Part shown: in pieces, positions 7,376 through 15,385 of the stretch | How positions within the stretch are numbered: the first letter of the stretch is position 1 | How the letters are laid out: each line of letters opens with the position of its first letter | Origin: Candidatus Woesearchaeota archaeon | GTDB taxonomy: Archaea; Nanobdellota; Nanobdellia; Pacearchaeales; GW2011-AR1 | Assembly (NCBI GenBank): GCA_964419275.1 | Contig: CAYQOY010000004.1 | Location: 3,114-55,634, forward strand | DNA: 52,521 nucleotides | Direction: 5' to 3' | Made by a program: the position numbers and the translations under genes | The notes under the pieces: generated by a model | Told to the model about the DNA's origin: nothing | What the model saw: only the letters and a program-made list of their open reading frames with translations | Database searches by the model: none

Positions 7376-9196
7376 TTATTTCTTCATTACTTTTATTGCT
7401 ACAACAATAATTGTAACAACAAGAGTCAAGTTAACTATTGCAATTACCCAAATATGCCAGTTTTGTGCAAGTTTAACTTGACTAAACCAACTTCCTAAAT
7501 CGAAACTGAAGGAAGGGTTTACTGCTAAAGCAATTGGTTGAGAATAAACAAATTCTCCTTCAGAATAAACCTCAGCTTCCAAAACTTTTTCGCCTTCAGC
7601 ATCTCGGTTTACTTTCAATTTAACTAAAACTTCTTTAGCTTCATTGGATTCTAAAATGAATGTAGCTGGTTCAATTGATTCCATTTCGGCCCAACTTGAA
7701 TATCCCTTAAGATTTAGGCTGTAACCTCTGGTTTGAGAACCAGTGTTATTAACCATTATTTTAATTTCCAGGGTCTTGCCAGCTTTTGCTTGAGATTCCA
7801 AACTTGCGTCCAATCTTATTTCGGGCTTTGTTTCGCATGCATCAATTTTAAGAGTGCTATAGAAAACAGAGGTTTTGTCGTCTGAATTTTCATAAATATC
7901 TCCTCTTCTATCCAAAACAGTGTATTTGATTTGATAATTCTTAACACTTAAATTTCCTGGAAGAGTATAACTGAATGAGAAAGGTAAATCTGCTTCGCTG
8001 AACGAATCAATATCTCCAATAGATACTGCTTGATTTATTCCAAGTTCTTTATTATAAATTTGAATTGAGACGTCTTCTTGGTCTCTACTTCCAGTATTCC
8101 AAACCACTCCGGAAATTTCCAATCTGCCCCCACATCTTGCAGTTTCATCATGAGTTATTTCTTTAAGAACAACAAAATCTCTTTCAGATTCTATTTCAAC
8201 ATCTTGAGAATCAAATTCGCAAGTATCATCAAAGTCATATTCTTCATCTTCTCCTTGTGCCCATACGTAAAATATGTAATTATCAAGAGCTCCTTCATCA
8301 ATAGCATCTTCGATTTCACTTATATCATCTACTTTAAAGGAAACGGTTATTGTTTCTGTGTCTCTGGAATCCAAGTCAAAGTCTGATTCTTCTTCGTCAA
8401 TAAGCCATGATTCAAGCTCGGTGTTATAAACTCCCCAGGTTAATTGAATATTTTCTATGTACTCTGCACCGGTGTTCTTGACTCTAAATTCAACTTCAAC
8501 TTCATCGAAAACTTGCCAGGTGTTGTCTTTTCCAAACCCTTTTGTAACACTAATATCTCGGATTTCGACAATTAAATTTCCGCCAAGATTTCCTGTATCT
8601 TTACATTCTTGAACTTCTTGAGGATAATCATAAACAGGTTCGCTGCCGATAGCTGTTGCTTCAACTTTGATATTATCTAAATGCCATGTTCCAGTCGTAT
8701 CTGCTCCCAAAAGAACAATTCTTAATTTAACATTAGAATTGTCGTCTAAAAAGTTAATACTTGAAAAATTGAATATATGTGAAGTGTATGTTGTATTCAG
8801 AGGTAAATTTGTTTGTAAGTTTACAAAACTGGTTCCATTGTAATATTGAATACTAAAATTTTCTATGTCTAAACCCCATTTTCTTTCATCAAATCTTAAA
8901 ACTAGATCTTTATAATTAGAACTGTCTAAAGAGATTTCTAAGTATCTTCCTTCGCTATCCCAGTCCCCAATAGAAATTGCTTGCCCCGAGGTTCCGCTTA
9001 CGTTAGAATAGTCTCTTGAATCACTAATTTCTAATTTTGCACTTGAAGTTATGTCTACATTTGGTGTCAAAAAGCTACTTACGAGACCTTCAAATCTCCA
9101 TTCTGCGACTGTTGTTGCGGCATTTGCGAATCCTAAGAGCAATGTCGCTAAAAATAATCCTAAGAATATTTTTCCGAAGTAATTTGTTTTGTTCAT
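7376..9196 (-). CDS. Putative second S-layer/cell-surface protein with Ig-like domains and C-terminal TM anchor
   Basis: Signal peptide, acidic beta-rich repeats (V.NTG...E.V pattern), C-terminal TM helix plus basic tail (VAIKVMKK). Confidence 0.75.
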   Translation of the reverse strand: MNKTNYFGKIFLGLFLATLLLGFANAATTVAEWRFEGLVSSFLTPNVDITSSAKLEISDSRDYSNVSGTSGQAISIGDWDSEGRYLEISLDSSNYKDLVLRFDERKWGLDIENFSIQYYNGTSFVNLQTNLPLNTTYTSHIFNFSSINFLDDNSNVKLRIVLLGADTTGTWHLDNIKVEATAIGSEPVYDYPQEVQECKDTGNLGGNLIVEIRDISVTKGFGKDNTWQVFDEVEVEFRVKNTGAEYIENIQLTWGVYNTELESWLIDEEESDFDLDSRDTETITVSFKVDDISEIEDAIDEGALDNYIFYVWAQGEDEEYDFDDTCEFDSQDVEIESERDFVVLKEITHDETARCGGRLEISGVVWNTGSRDQEDVSIQIYNKELGINQAVSIGDIDSFSEADLPFSFSYTLPGNLSVKNYQIKYTVLDRRGDIYENSDDKTSVFYSTLKIDACETKPEIRLDASLESQAKAGKTLEIKIMVNNTGSQTRGYSLNLKGYSSWAEMESIEPATFILESNEAKEVLVKLKVNRDAEGEKVLEAEVYSEGEFVYSQPIALAVNPSFSFDLGSWFSQVKLAQNWHIWVIAIVNLTLVVTIIVVAIKVMKK

Positions 9197-9357
9197 TTTA
9201 GTGTAATCATTTCGCAGTTACTATACTTTAAAAGCTTTTTTATTGTTTAGAACATAGTTTTTAGATTAAATTCTAAACATTGAGCAATCCCAAAAAAGTT
9301 TATATATTTCTAAAGACTACAAGAGATCATATAAAAGAAACAAACTTAAACAATAAC

Positions 9358-9747
9358 ATGCCAATCATATCTAAGGACAATTCATTGGGAGTGTCTGCTT
9401 TTGCGGTGGGTGTTGTGCTTGCCGTACTAATAGGTGTTTTCACTAACCTTATTCCTCTTCCTTCTCTAAGTAGATACAGCCCCCAAATTTACGCAGTTTT
9501 GGTTATATTAGGACTAGTCGTTGGCTTTTCCATTAAAATGATAGGAAAAGAATCACAAACATTTCTTTTAGCTGGCGCAGTTTTAGTAGTGGTAAGTAAA
9601 TTTGGAATGGACAGTGTTCGCGGCTCGTTGATAGGAATAGGTGTTGGAGACATTGTTTCTACAATCTTTGGAGCATTACTAGCGTTGTTTGTGCCTGCGA
9701 CAATCATTGTAGCAATCAAAATGGTTCTTTCGATACCTAGAATTTAA
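9358..9747 (+). CDS. Hypothetical 4-TM membrane protein
   Basis: Start moved to ATG 9358. Four hydrophobic segments. Confidence 0.75.
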   Translation: MPIISKDNSLGVSAFAVGVVLAVLIGVFTNLIPLPSLSRYSPQIYAVLVILGLVVGFSIKMIGKESQTFLLAGAVLVVVSKFGMDSVRGSLIGIGVGDIVSTIFGALLALFVPATIIVAIKMVLSIPRI

Positions 9748-9813
9748 TTAGAAATCGTCAAAACAGCAAACCAAAGCTTAAGCTGACGGGATAATTATTA
9801 GTTAAAAGCGAAT

Positions 9814-10221
9814 TTAGAATAAACTGTCAAGTTTGTCTTGAGTCTTGGTCTTGGTTGCAACTGGCTCTGGTTCTTTCTCAACTTTTGCAAAAGCAGGGGT
9901 TGCAATAACTATGTTTTCTCTGAATCCAACAATACTACCTTCAATTGCATCTGTTGTTTTCTTTATCTTGGAAATTGCTCTCTTCAACTCAATTGTATCT
10001 TTTTGTCTTAGAACTTTAGTATCAATAACTGCAATTGTAAAGCCTTCCCTTAATGCATCAAGAACTTTGTTTACATCATCATAGTTGGTTAGTGCAAAAA
10101 GTCTTACGTTAACTTTAGTTTCTTGCTTGCCTTGACTCAAGTCAATTTCGAGATAATCGCTGTCAATTTCACCTTGCCCGGATTTTCCCGAGAACACTTT
10201 TTTTATTTTTTCGAATACCAT
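9814..10221 (-). CDS. sepF: Cell division protein SepF
   Basis: YLEID..., DVNKVLDALREGFTIAVID, ELKRAISKIKKT..AIEGSIVG. Start at ATG 10221 with TATA at -29. Confidence 0.85.
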   Translation of the reverse strand: MVFEKIKKVFSGKSGQGEIDSDYLEIDLSQGKQETKVNVRLFALTNYDDVNKVLDALREGFTIAVIDTKVLRQKDTIELKRAISKIKKTTDAIEGSIVGFRENIVIATPAFAKVEKEPEPVATKTKTQDKLDSLF

Positions 10222-10281
10222 AACCTTTTGATAGGATTTACATTTATAAAGATTTCGCAACTATTTTTCTAGTTTTAAGAA

Positions 10282-10605
10282 TTATTTTCCAATCATTTCT
10301 TTTCTAAGCTCTTCAACTTTTTTCTCTAAAAATTCTTCTTGTTTTTCAATTGCTGTGACTTTAGCCTCGACAAATTTGATTTTTTCTTCCATTTCTTTCT
10401 GAATTCTTGCTTTGTCAGACTTGATCATTAATCCCCCAACAACTTTGTAAACTTCTCCGTCGGATTTTTTTAATTCTTCGAGGGCGGAATTTGTTTCAGC
10501 AAGTTCCATTTGAAGAGACTGCTTTTGAACCAATGTATTTTGTAAGTTTTGCTCAAGAATCTGCATTTCTTGCAACATCTCTTCTTTGTTTACTTTTTTT
10601 TCCAT
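10282..10605 (-). CDS. pfdB: Prefoldin beta subunit
   Basis: Coiled coil with ETNSALEEL...VYKVVGGLMIK. Confidence 0.92.
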   Translation of the reverse strand: MEKKVNKEEMLQEMQILEQNLQNTLVQKQSLQMELAETNSALEELKKSDGEVYKVVGGLMIKSDKARIQKEMEEKIKFVEAKVTAIEKQEEFLEKKVEELRKEMIGK

Positions 10606-10654
10606 TTTAGAATAATCGTTTTGATTGAATATTAACCGGATAAATGAAGTGATA

Positions 10655-10792
10655 TTAAATTGCCTTAACTTTTTTTAAAGCTTCTCTTGGCTTATAGAAT
10701 ATTTTGCTTCCGCATTTTGGACAAACAAATCTCTTATCTAAATTAGAATCTTTTATTGCCTTAGAACATTTGAAACATTTGTAAGTTGCCAT
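10655..10792 (-). CDS. rpo12: RNA polymerase subunit Rpo12 (P)
   Basis: Translated by hand, 45 aa MATYKCFKCSK...FVCPKCGSKIFYKPR. Zn ribbon, in its usual position after rpl37ae. Confidence 0.92.
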   Translation of the reverse strand: MATYKCFKCSKAIKDSNLDKRFVCPKCGSKIFYKPREALKKVKAI

Positions 10793-10829
10793 GTTTGTTT
10801 TATGATATTTTTGTTTATAAGTTTAGTGT

Positions 10830-11183
10830 TTATTTTTTGGATTTTCTTGCCAAAGCATTTCTTCCAGATTTGTCTTTTTGAATCCCTGTATCTTTCTTTT
10901 CGGCTTTCTTCTTTTCTTTTTTAGCCACTTTTGCAATTCTTTCTTCAGTTTGAGCTGCGATGGACTTTTCTAAATAAAAAACATCTGATGCAAATTTCTT
11001 CTTGCATTTCAAGCATATCCAAATTCCCTTAGATACCCTTTTTGCTTTTTTCTTTTTACAGAATGGACATTCTTGTTTTACTCTTTGCTTGGTTTCCACA
11101 CTAGCAAGTTTAGAACGAACGCTTCTTCCATATCTAACACCTAATCGTCCTGCTGCTTTTACTTTCTTTGTTTTTGTTGCCAT
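10830..11183 (-). CDS. rpl37ae: Ribosomal protein eL43 (L37Ae) with Lys-rich C-terminal extension
   Basis: TKKVKAAGRLGVRYG...CPFC...GIWICLKC. Confidence 0.95.
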   Translation of the reverse strand: MATKTKKVKAAGRLGVRYGRSVRSKLASVETKQRVKQECPFCKKKKAKRVSKGIWICLKCKKKFASDVFYLEKSIAAQTEERIAKVAKKEKKKAEKKDTGIQKDKSGRNALARKSKK

Positions 11184-11225
11184 TTTATTTTTTATTATTT
11201 TATTTGATTTTACTGAATTGGTTTA

Positions 11226-11299
11226 TGGGGCTGCCCGGATTTGAACCGGGGTCTCGAAGTCCCAAACCTCGAAGCTTAACCAGGCTGGCCCACAGCCCC
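11226..11299 (-). tRNA. tRNA-Pro(TGG)
   Basis: Cloverleaf folded by hand: GGGGCTG/CAGCCCC acceptor, anticodon loop TTTGGGA, T-arm CCCGG-TTCAAAT-CCGGG. No intron, no encoded CCA. Confidence 0.95.
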
Positions 11300-11377
11300 A
11301 TTATTTTTATGATGAGTGTTTGTGTTTTAAACCTTATGATTATTTTATTATAAATAATCCTGCTTGCTTTGGAAATT

Positions 11378-12070
11378 TTACTTTCCTTTTTTGTCTGCTT
11401 TCTTGTCAGCTTTCTTGTCTGCGGCAGGGGCAGCTTCTTTCTTTTCTCCAGCTGCGGGTGCTTTTTCTGCGGTTGCAGCTGCTGCAGCTTCGGTTTTAGC
11501 TGCTTCTTCTTGTTTAAGCATCTTTTCTTGTGCTGCTTTAACATTTGAATAGTACTTGTCAAGTTCTGCTCTTTTTTCAGCAGAAGTGTTTGTTGATTCA
11601 CTCTTTATTTCCTTGTCATATTTTCCTTGCTCAATTTCTCTCTGAATTTCTGTTGGATTTTTGCTTTCAATCAAAATTCCAAGGCTAGTGCAAGTTCCAA
11701 CAACTTCCTTAACCGCCGCTTTCAAATCTCTTGAAAGTAAATTGTCTTTTTTCATTTTAGCTACAGAAATTATCTGTTCAATGGACATATTTCCAATTTT
11801 TACTTTTGCTTGAGCGCCTGAACCTTTTTCTGCTCCAAGCTCTTTTCTTAATAATTCAGAAACAGGTGGAGAAAATACTTTTACTGTAATCTCTTTGGTT
11901 GTAGTATTAATATCTAGTTCAACAGGTACTTTCATTCCTGCAAAGCCTTTTGTTGCTTCGTTTACTTTTTGAATAACCTGATTGGCATTAAGTCCAAGAG
12001 GCCCAAGCTTCTGACTTAAAGCTGGTCCTGGCTTCATACTTCCACCTTCGACTAAAAGATTAATCTGCAT
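11378..12070 (-). CDS. rpl11: Ribosomal protein uL11 with about 70-aa C-terminal extension
   Basis: VEGGSMKPGPALSQKLGPLG; PPVSELL; VVGTCTSLGI. Confidence 0.95.
   Translation of the reverse strand: MQINLLVEGGSMKPGPALSQKLGPLGLNANQVIQKVNEATKGFAGMKVPVELDINTTTKEITVKVFSPPVSELLRKELGAEKGSGAQAKVKIGNMSIEQIISVAKMKKDNLLSRDLKAAVKEVVGTCTSLGILIESKNPTEIQREIEQGKYDKEIKSESTNTSAEKRAELDKYYSNVKAAQEKMLKQEEAAKTEAAAAATAEKAPAAGEKKEAAPAADKKADKKADKKGK
11391..11422 (-). repeat. 12-nt tandem repeat encoding (DKKA)n at the end of uL11
   Basis: Plus strand reads ttgtctgctttc-ttgtcagctttc-ttgtctgc. Confidence 0.7.
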
Positions 12071-12536
12071 CTTCTATTGTTTCCTCCTCGTCTTCTCCTT
12101 CTTCTCTTCTTATAACTCTTACGTTATCTAATTTAATTGTTACTGGGATCTGTACAAGAGCTCCAAGTAAACTTACTACGACTTCTTCTTTCTGTTCATC
12201 AATTCTTAAAACTTTTGCTTTTTCTTTTTTGAAGTGGTCAGAAATAATTTCCACAATATCGCCTTCTTTTACCGAAACAGGAGCGCTTGCAGTTTCAACC
12301 ATATTCTTGATTTCTTCGTATTCAAGTGTTTTTCCGATGATTCCTTTAACATATTGCAAATTGAAAACAGCTTCTTCTGCGGATTCTCTGTCTTCAGCTT
12401 CGAGAAGAATGTATCCCCTTAATCCGTGAGGTTTCAAAACAGAATAAACATTAAGATTTTTTGCTTCAGCTCTTGCTGCGATAGTATCTATTGTACTTTC
12501 TTCTTTGTTTGTTGTTACTTTTATTACAAATATCAT
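12060..12536 (-). CDS. spt5: Transcription elongation factor Spt5 (NusG)
   Basis: NGN domain (LRGYILLEA) plus KOW (GDIVEII...KAKV). Confidence 0.95.
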   Translation of the reverse strand: MIFVIKVTTNKEESTIDTIAARAEAKNLNVYSVLKPHGLRGYILLEAEDRESAEEAVFNLQYVKGIIGKTLEYEEIKNMVETASAPVSVKEGDIVEIISDHFKKEKAKVLRIDEQKEEVVVSLLGALVQIPVTIKLDNVRVIRREEGEDEEETIEDAD

Positions 12537-12546
12537 GTTTGTTTAG

Positions 12547-12577
12547 CTCCGACTAGCCCCAATCAACCTAGAAGGAG
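12547..12577 (-). promoter_or_regulatory. Hairpin in spt5-rpl11 leader pairing the SD-like GGAG
   Basis: Minus strand reads CTCC-TT-CTAG-(11 nt)-CTAG-TC-GGAG. GGAG ends 10 nt before ATG. Confidence 0.4.
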
Positions 12578-12639
12578 TATAATTTGATGTTTTAGAGGGT
12601 TTATAAAATTTTTGAATTCAAAAATGTTATAAAAATTAA

Positions 12640-12828
12640 TTAGAATGCTAACTTTACAATAAGAGAAATAATAAAACCGGCTAGTCCCAAAACAATAATT
12701 CCCAAAGCTGAAATTTTTGCCACCATTGCAAATTCTTTTTTAGAAGGTTTTCTTAAAACTTGCCAAACTCTCTTACACTTAATAATAAATGATTTAAGTT
12801 GGGTTGGTAGTTCTTTTATTTTTGCCAT
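12640..12828 (-). CDS. secE: Protein translocase subunit SecE (Sec61 gamma)
   Basis: RVWQVLRKPSKKEF..VAKISALG..LGLAGFII. Confidence 0.95.
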   Translation of the reverse strand: MAKIKELPTQLKSFIIKCKRVWQVLRKPSKKEFAMVAKISALGIIVLGLAGFIISLIVKLAF

Positions 12829-12890
12829 ACTTTAATTAAAAGATATGTGTTTTTAAATTTACTTAATATTTTAAGATTTAATAGAACAAT

Positions 12891-13976
12891 TCACTCAAAA
12901 AAATCAATTCCCAATTCTTCTTCAATTTCTTTTCTTCTCGTATCCTTGTCATCTGAATCTCCATGCCCAAGAATCTGCGAACTTCTTACTCCTGTAACAA
13001 TAAGCAAAACTCTCATGGATTTTTCCATGTCATCATAAATTTGTGCTCCCCAGATTATTTTTGCGTCAGGACTTAATTTTGCTCCAATTATCTCCATAAC
13101 TTGTTTACATTCATCTAGACTCATATCTGGGCCCCCGATAATATTAACAAGTGCTCCTGTTGCTCCTGAAACATCCACATCCAACAGAGGATTGTTCAAT
13201 GCTTTTTCCACAGCTTCTGTTGCTCTTTGTCCTGTGTCTGACTCGCCCATTCCTATCAAAGAAACTCCTCCTCCAGACATAACTGTTCTTATATCTGCAA
13301 AATCCAAGTTAACAAGCCCGGTTGTTGTAATAAGTTCAGCAACTCCTTTAACTGCGTTTGTAAGAATTTCATCTGCGATTTTGAAAGCTGTTTGAAGAGG
13401 CAATTCTGGTGCAATTTCTAATAATTTATCATTTGGAATAACAATAAGAGTATCGACCATTGCCTCCATTTTTTCTAAACCATTCATTGCGTTTTCAATT
13501 CTCTTTTTTCCTTCAATTGTGAAAGGAAGTGTTACAACCCCTATTGTAAGAGCTTGCTGTTTTCTTGCTAGAGCTGCAATAACTGGTGCTGCTCCTGTAC
13601 CTGTTCCTCCCCCGAGTCCGCAGGTGATAAATATCATATCACTCCCAGCTATTTTCTTTTTAATTTCAGTTTCAGATTCTTTTGCTGACTCTTCACCTAC
13701 TTTAGGATTACTTCCTGCTCCAAGTCCTCCTGTTAGCTCTTTTCCAATAAGAATTTTTTGATCAGCATTAGTATAAAGCAAGTCTTGAGCATCAGTATTA
13801 ACTGCAATAAGTTCAGCACCCTTAATTCCAATTTCACGCATTCTGGTTAAAGAATTATTACCTCCCCCTCCAACACCTATAATCTTAATTTTTGCAGCTT
13901 TAGATTTTAATAATTCTTCAAGTTCCTTATCAATCTCTTTTACATCTGAAGAACGTGTCTTGTATATGTCTTCCAT
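12891..13976 (-). CDS. ftsZ: Cell division protein FtsZ
   Basis: GVGGGGNN, GLGGGTGTGAAPV, NLDFADIRTVM. Start at ATG 13976. Confidence 0.97.
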   Translation of the reverse strand: MEDIYKTRSSDVKEIDKELEELLKSKAAKIKIIGVGGGGNNSLTRMREIGIKGAELIAVNTDAQDLLYTNADQKILIGKELTGGLGAGSNPKVGEESAKESETEIKKKIAGSDMIFITCGLGGGTGTGAAPVIAALARKQQALTIGVVTLPFTIEGKKRIENAMNGLEKMEAMVDTLIVIPNDKLLEIAPELPLQTAFKIADEILTNAVKGVAELITTTGLVNLDFADIRTVMSGGGVSLIGMGESDTGQRATEAVEKALNNPLLDVDVSGATGALVNIIGGPDMSLDECKQVMEIIGAKLSPDAKIIWGAQIYDDMEKSMRVLLIVTGVRSSQILGHGDSDDKDTRRKEIEEELGIDFFE

Positions 13977-14047
13977 TAACAAAAACAAATAACTCGTGTT
14001 TATAAGAATTATTGTTTAGCAGATTTAGCTTTTATTTTTCAGCTAGC

Positions 14048-14755
14048 TTAGTGAGTGTGCTCATGCCCATGATGATGCTCATGCTCATGACTGTGTTCAT
14101 GCTCACCTTGTTCTGGGTCTTTCTTGATTGGATCTTTAAAATCCAAATCCAAGTCAAGCATTTCTTTGAATTTGTCTTTAAACAAAGACAAGAATTGTCT
14201 TAGTTGATCATTTGCTTCTAAAATTATCTTTTTGTCTTTTATTTCAAAATCAAAATGCCCCCTAAAAAGGAAATGTATCAATGCATGCGCTTTTTCATTA
14301 ATATCCTCAACTTTTCTTAAAACCTTGACTAGGTAAATAACCTCTTTTCCTGCAACAGGATTGTTGAAATCAACAATTACTCTCCCTCCAGAAGAAGCTA
14401 AAACTTTCCCAACTCTTCCATCAAAGTTGAAAGCGAACCCCGGAATAGGGTTTAATCCATGTTCTTTGAAAACTCTAATTGGGATTCTTTGAACAAGCTG
14501 AGTGTTTCTATTTCCAAACGCATTTTCAGGAGAAAGCTCGATTTCGTATTTTCCCATCTCTTTTCCAATTAAAAAATCTTCAACTCCTTTCAAAAACATT
14601 CCTTCTCCTAAACAAAGAACAAATGGTTCTGGTGTTTCTTTTAAGTTTGGATTTATTTTTTCCAAATCCTCTTTTATATTTGAATCAAAAATTCCCCCTT
14701 CCTTGAGTTTTCCGGTGAATTCTATTTCAATAAAATCTTTTTTTTGTAAAACCAT
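14048..14755 (-). CDS. Long FKBP-type peptidyl-prolyl isomerase (SlyD-like) with His-rich tail
   Basis: DFIEIEFTG...SPENAFG...VDFNNPVAGKEV. C-terminal HEHSHEHEHHHGHEHTH. Confidence 0.9.
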   Translation of the reverse strand: MVLQKKDFIEIEFTGKLKEGGIFDSNIKEDLEKINPNLKETPEPFVLCLGEGMFLKGVEDFLIGKEMGKYEIELSPENAFGNRNTQLVQRIPIRVFKEHGLNPIPGFAFNFDGRVGKVLASSGGRVIVDFNNPVAGKEVIYLVKVLRKVEDINEKAHALIHFLFRGHFDFEIKDKKIILEANDQLRQFLSLFKDKFKEMLDLDLDFKDPIKKDPEQGEHEHSHEHEHHHGHEHTH

Positions 14756-14828
14756 TTTCTTTATTTTTTGATATATGTACAATACTTCCATTAAAAATGT
14801 TTATAAATGTATTTTTTCTGGATAGTTC

Positions 14829-15218
14829 ATGGTAGCAAAAATAATTGATGCAACAGAAGCAAAAGTAGGCACTAATATTATTATCGAAGGAGATGTTTAT
14901 ACTGTTAAAAGAACAGATACAAGTAAAACCGGTAAGCATGGACACGCGAAAGTCAGAATGGAAGCTGTCGGAATAATAAATAACCAAAAAAAAGTTCTTG
15001 CTGTTTCAGGACATGATAGATTTGAAGTTCCTATTATTTACAAGAAAAGGGGGCAAGTGTTATCTATTGGAAACAAAATCGGAATAATGGATTTGGAAAG
15101 CTTTGAAACATTAGAACTTGATTGCCCTGATGAAGAAATTAGAGCTGAGCTCGAAATAAACTCAAATGTTGAATACTGGGATATTGAAGGAATTAAAGTA
15201 ATAAAGAGAAAAGCATAA
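14829..15218 (+). CDS. eif5a: Translation factor aIF5A
   Basis: Hypusine loop SKTGKHGHAK. Confidence 0.95.
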   Translation: MVAKIIDATEAKVGTNIIIEGDVYTVKRTDTSKTGKHGHAKVRMEAVGIINNQKKVLAVSGHDRFEVPIIYKKRGQVLSIGNKIGIMDLESFETLELDCPDEEIRAELEINSNVEYWDIEGIKVIKRKA

Positions 15219-15219
15219 A

Positions 15220-15381
15220 ATGGCGAAAATAACTGAAACAATGAACAGAGAATTCAAGAACGTATTTGTTTGCAAAGCTTGCAAAACAAAGATGAGAGCT
15301 GATCCTCAAAAAATCTTAAAAGGTAAAGTTAGATGCAGAAAGTGCAAAAAAGGGGCATTTAGACCAATTAAGAGAAAATAA
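15220..15381 (+). CDS. rpl40e: Ribosomal protein eL40
   Basis: Translated by hand, 53 aa with FVCKACKTK...VRCRKCKKGAFRP. Confidence 0.88.
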   Translation: MAKITETMNREFKNVFVCKACKTKMRADPQKILKGKVRCRKCKKGAFRPIKRK

Positions 15382-15385
15382 AAAG

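Noticed and set aside
11200-11601. 133-aa tracked ORF overlapping rpl11 and tRNA-Pro
   Set aside because: Alternative-frame shadow of the low-complexity uL11 tail. It runs through a clear tRNA.
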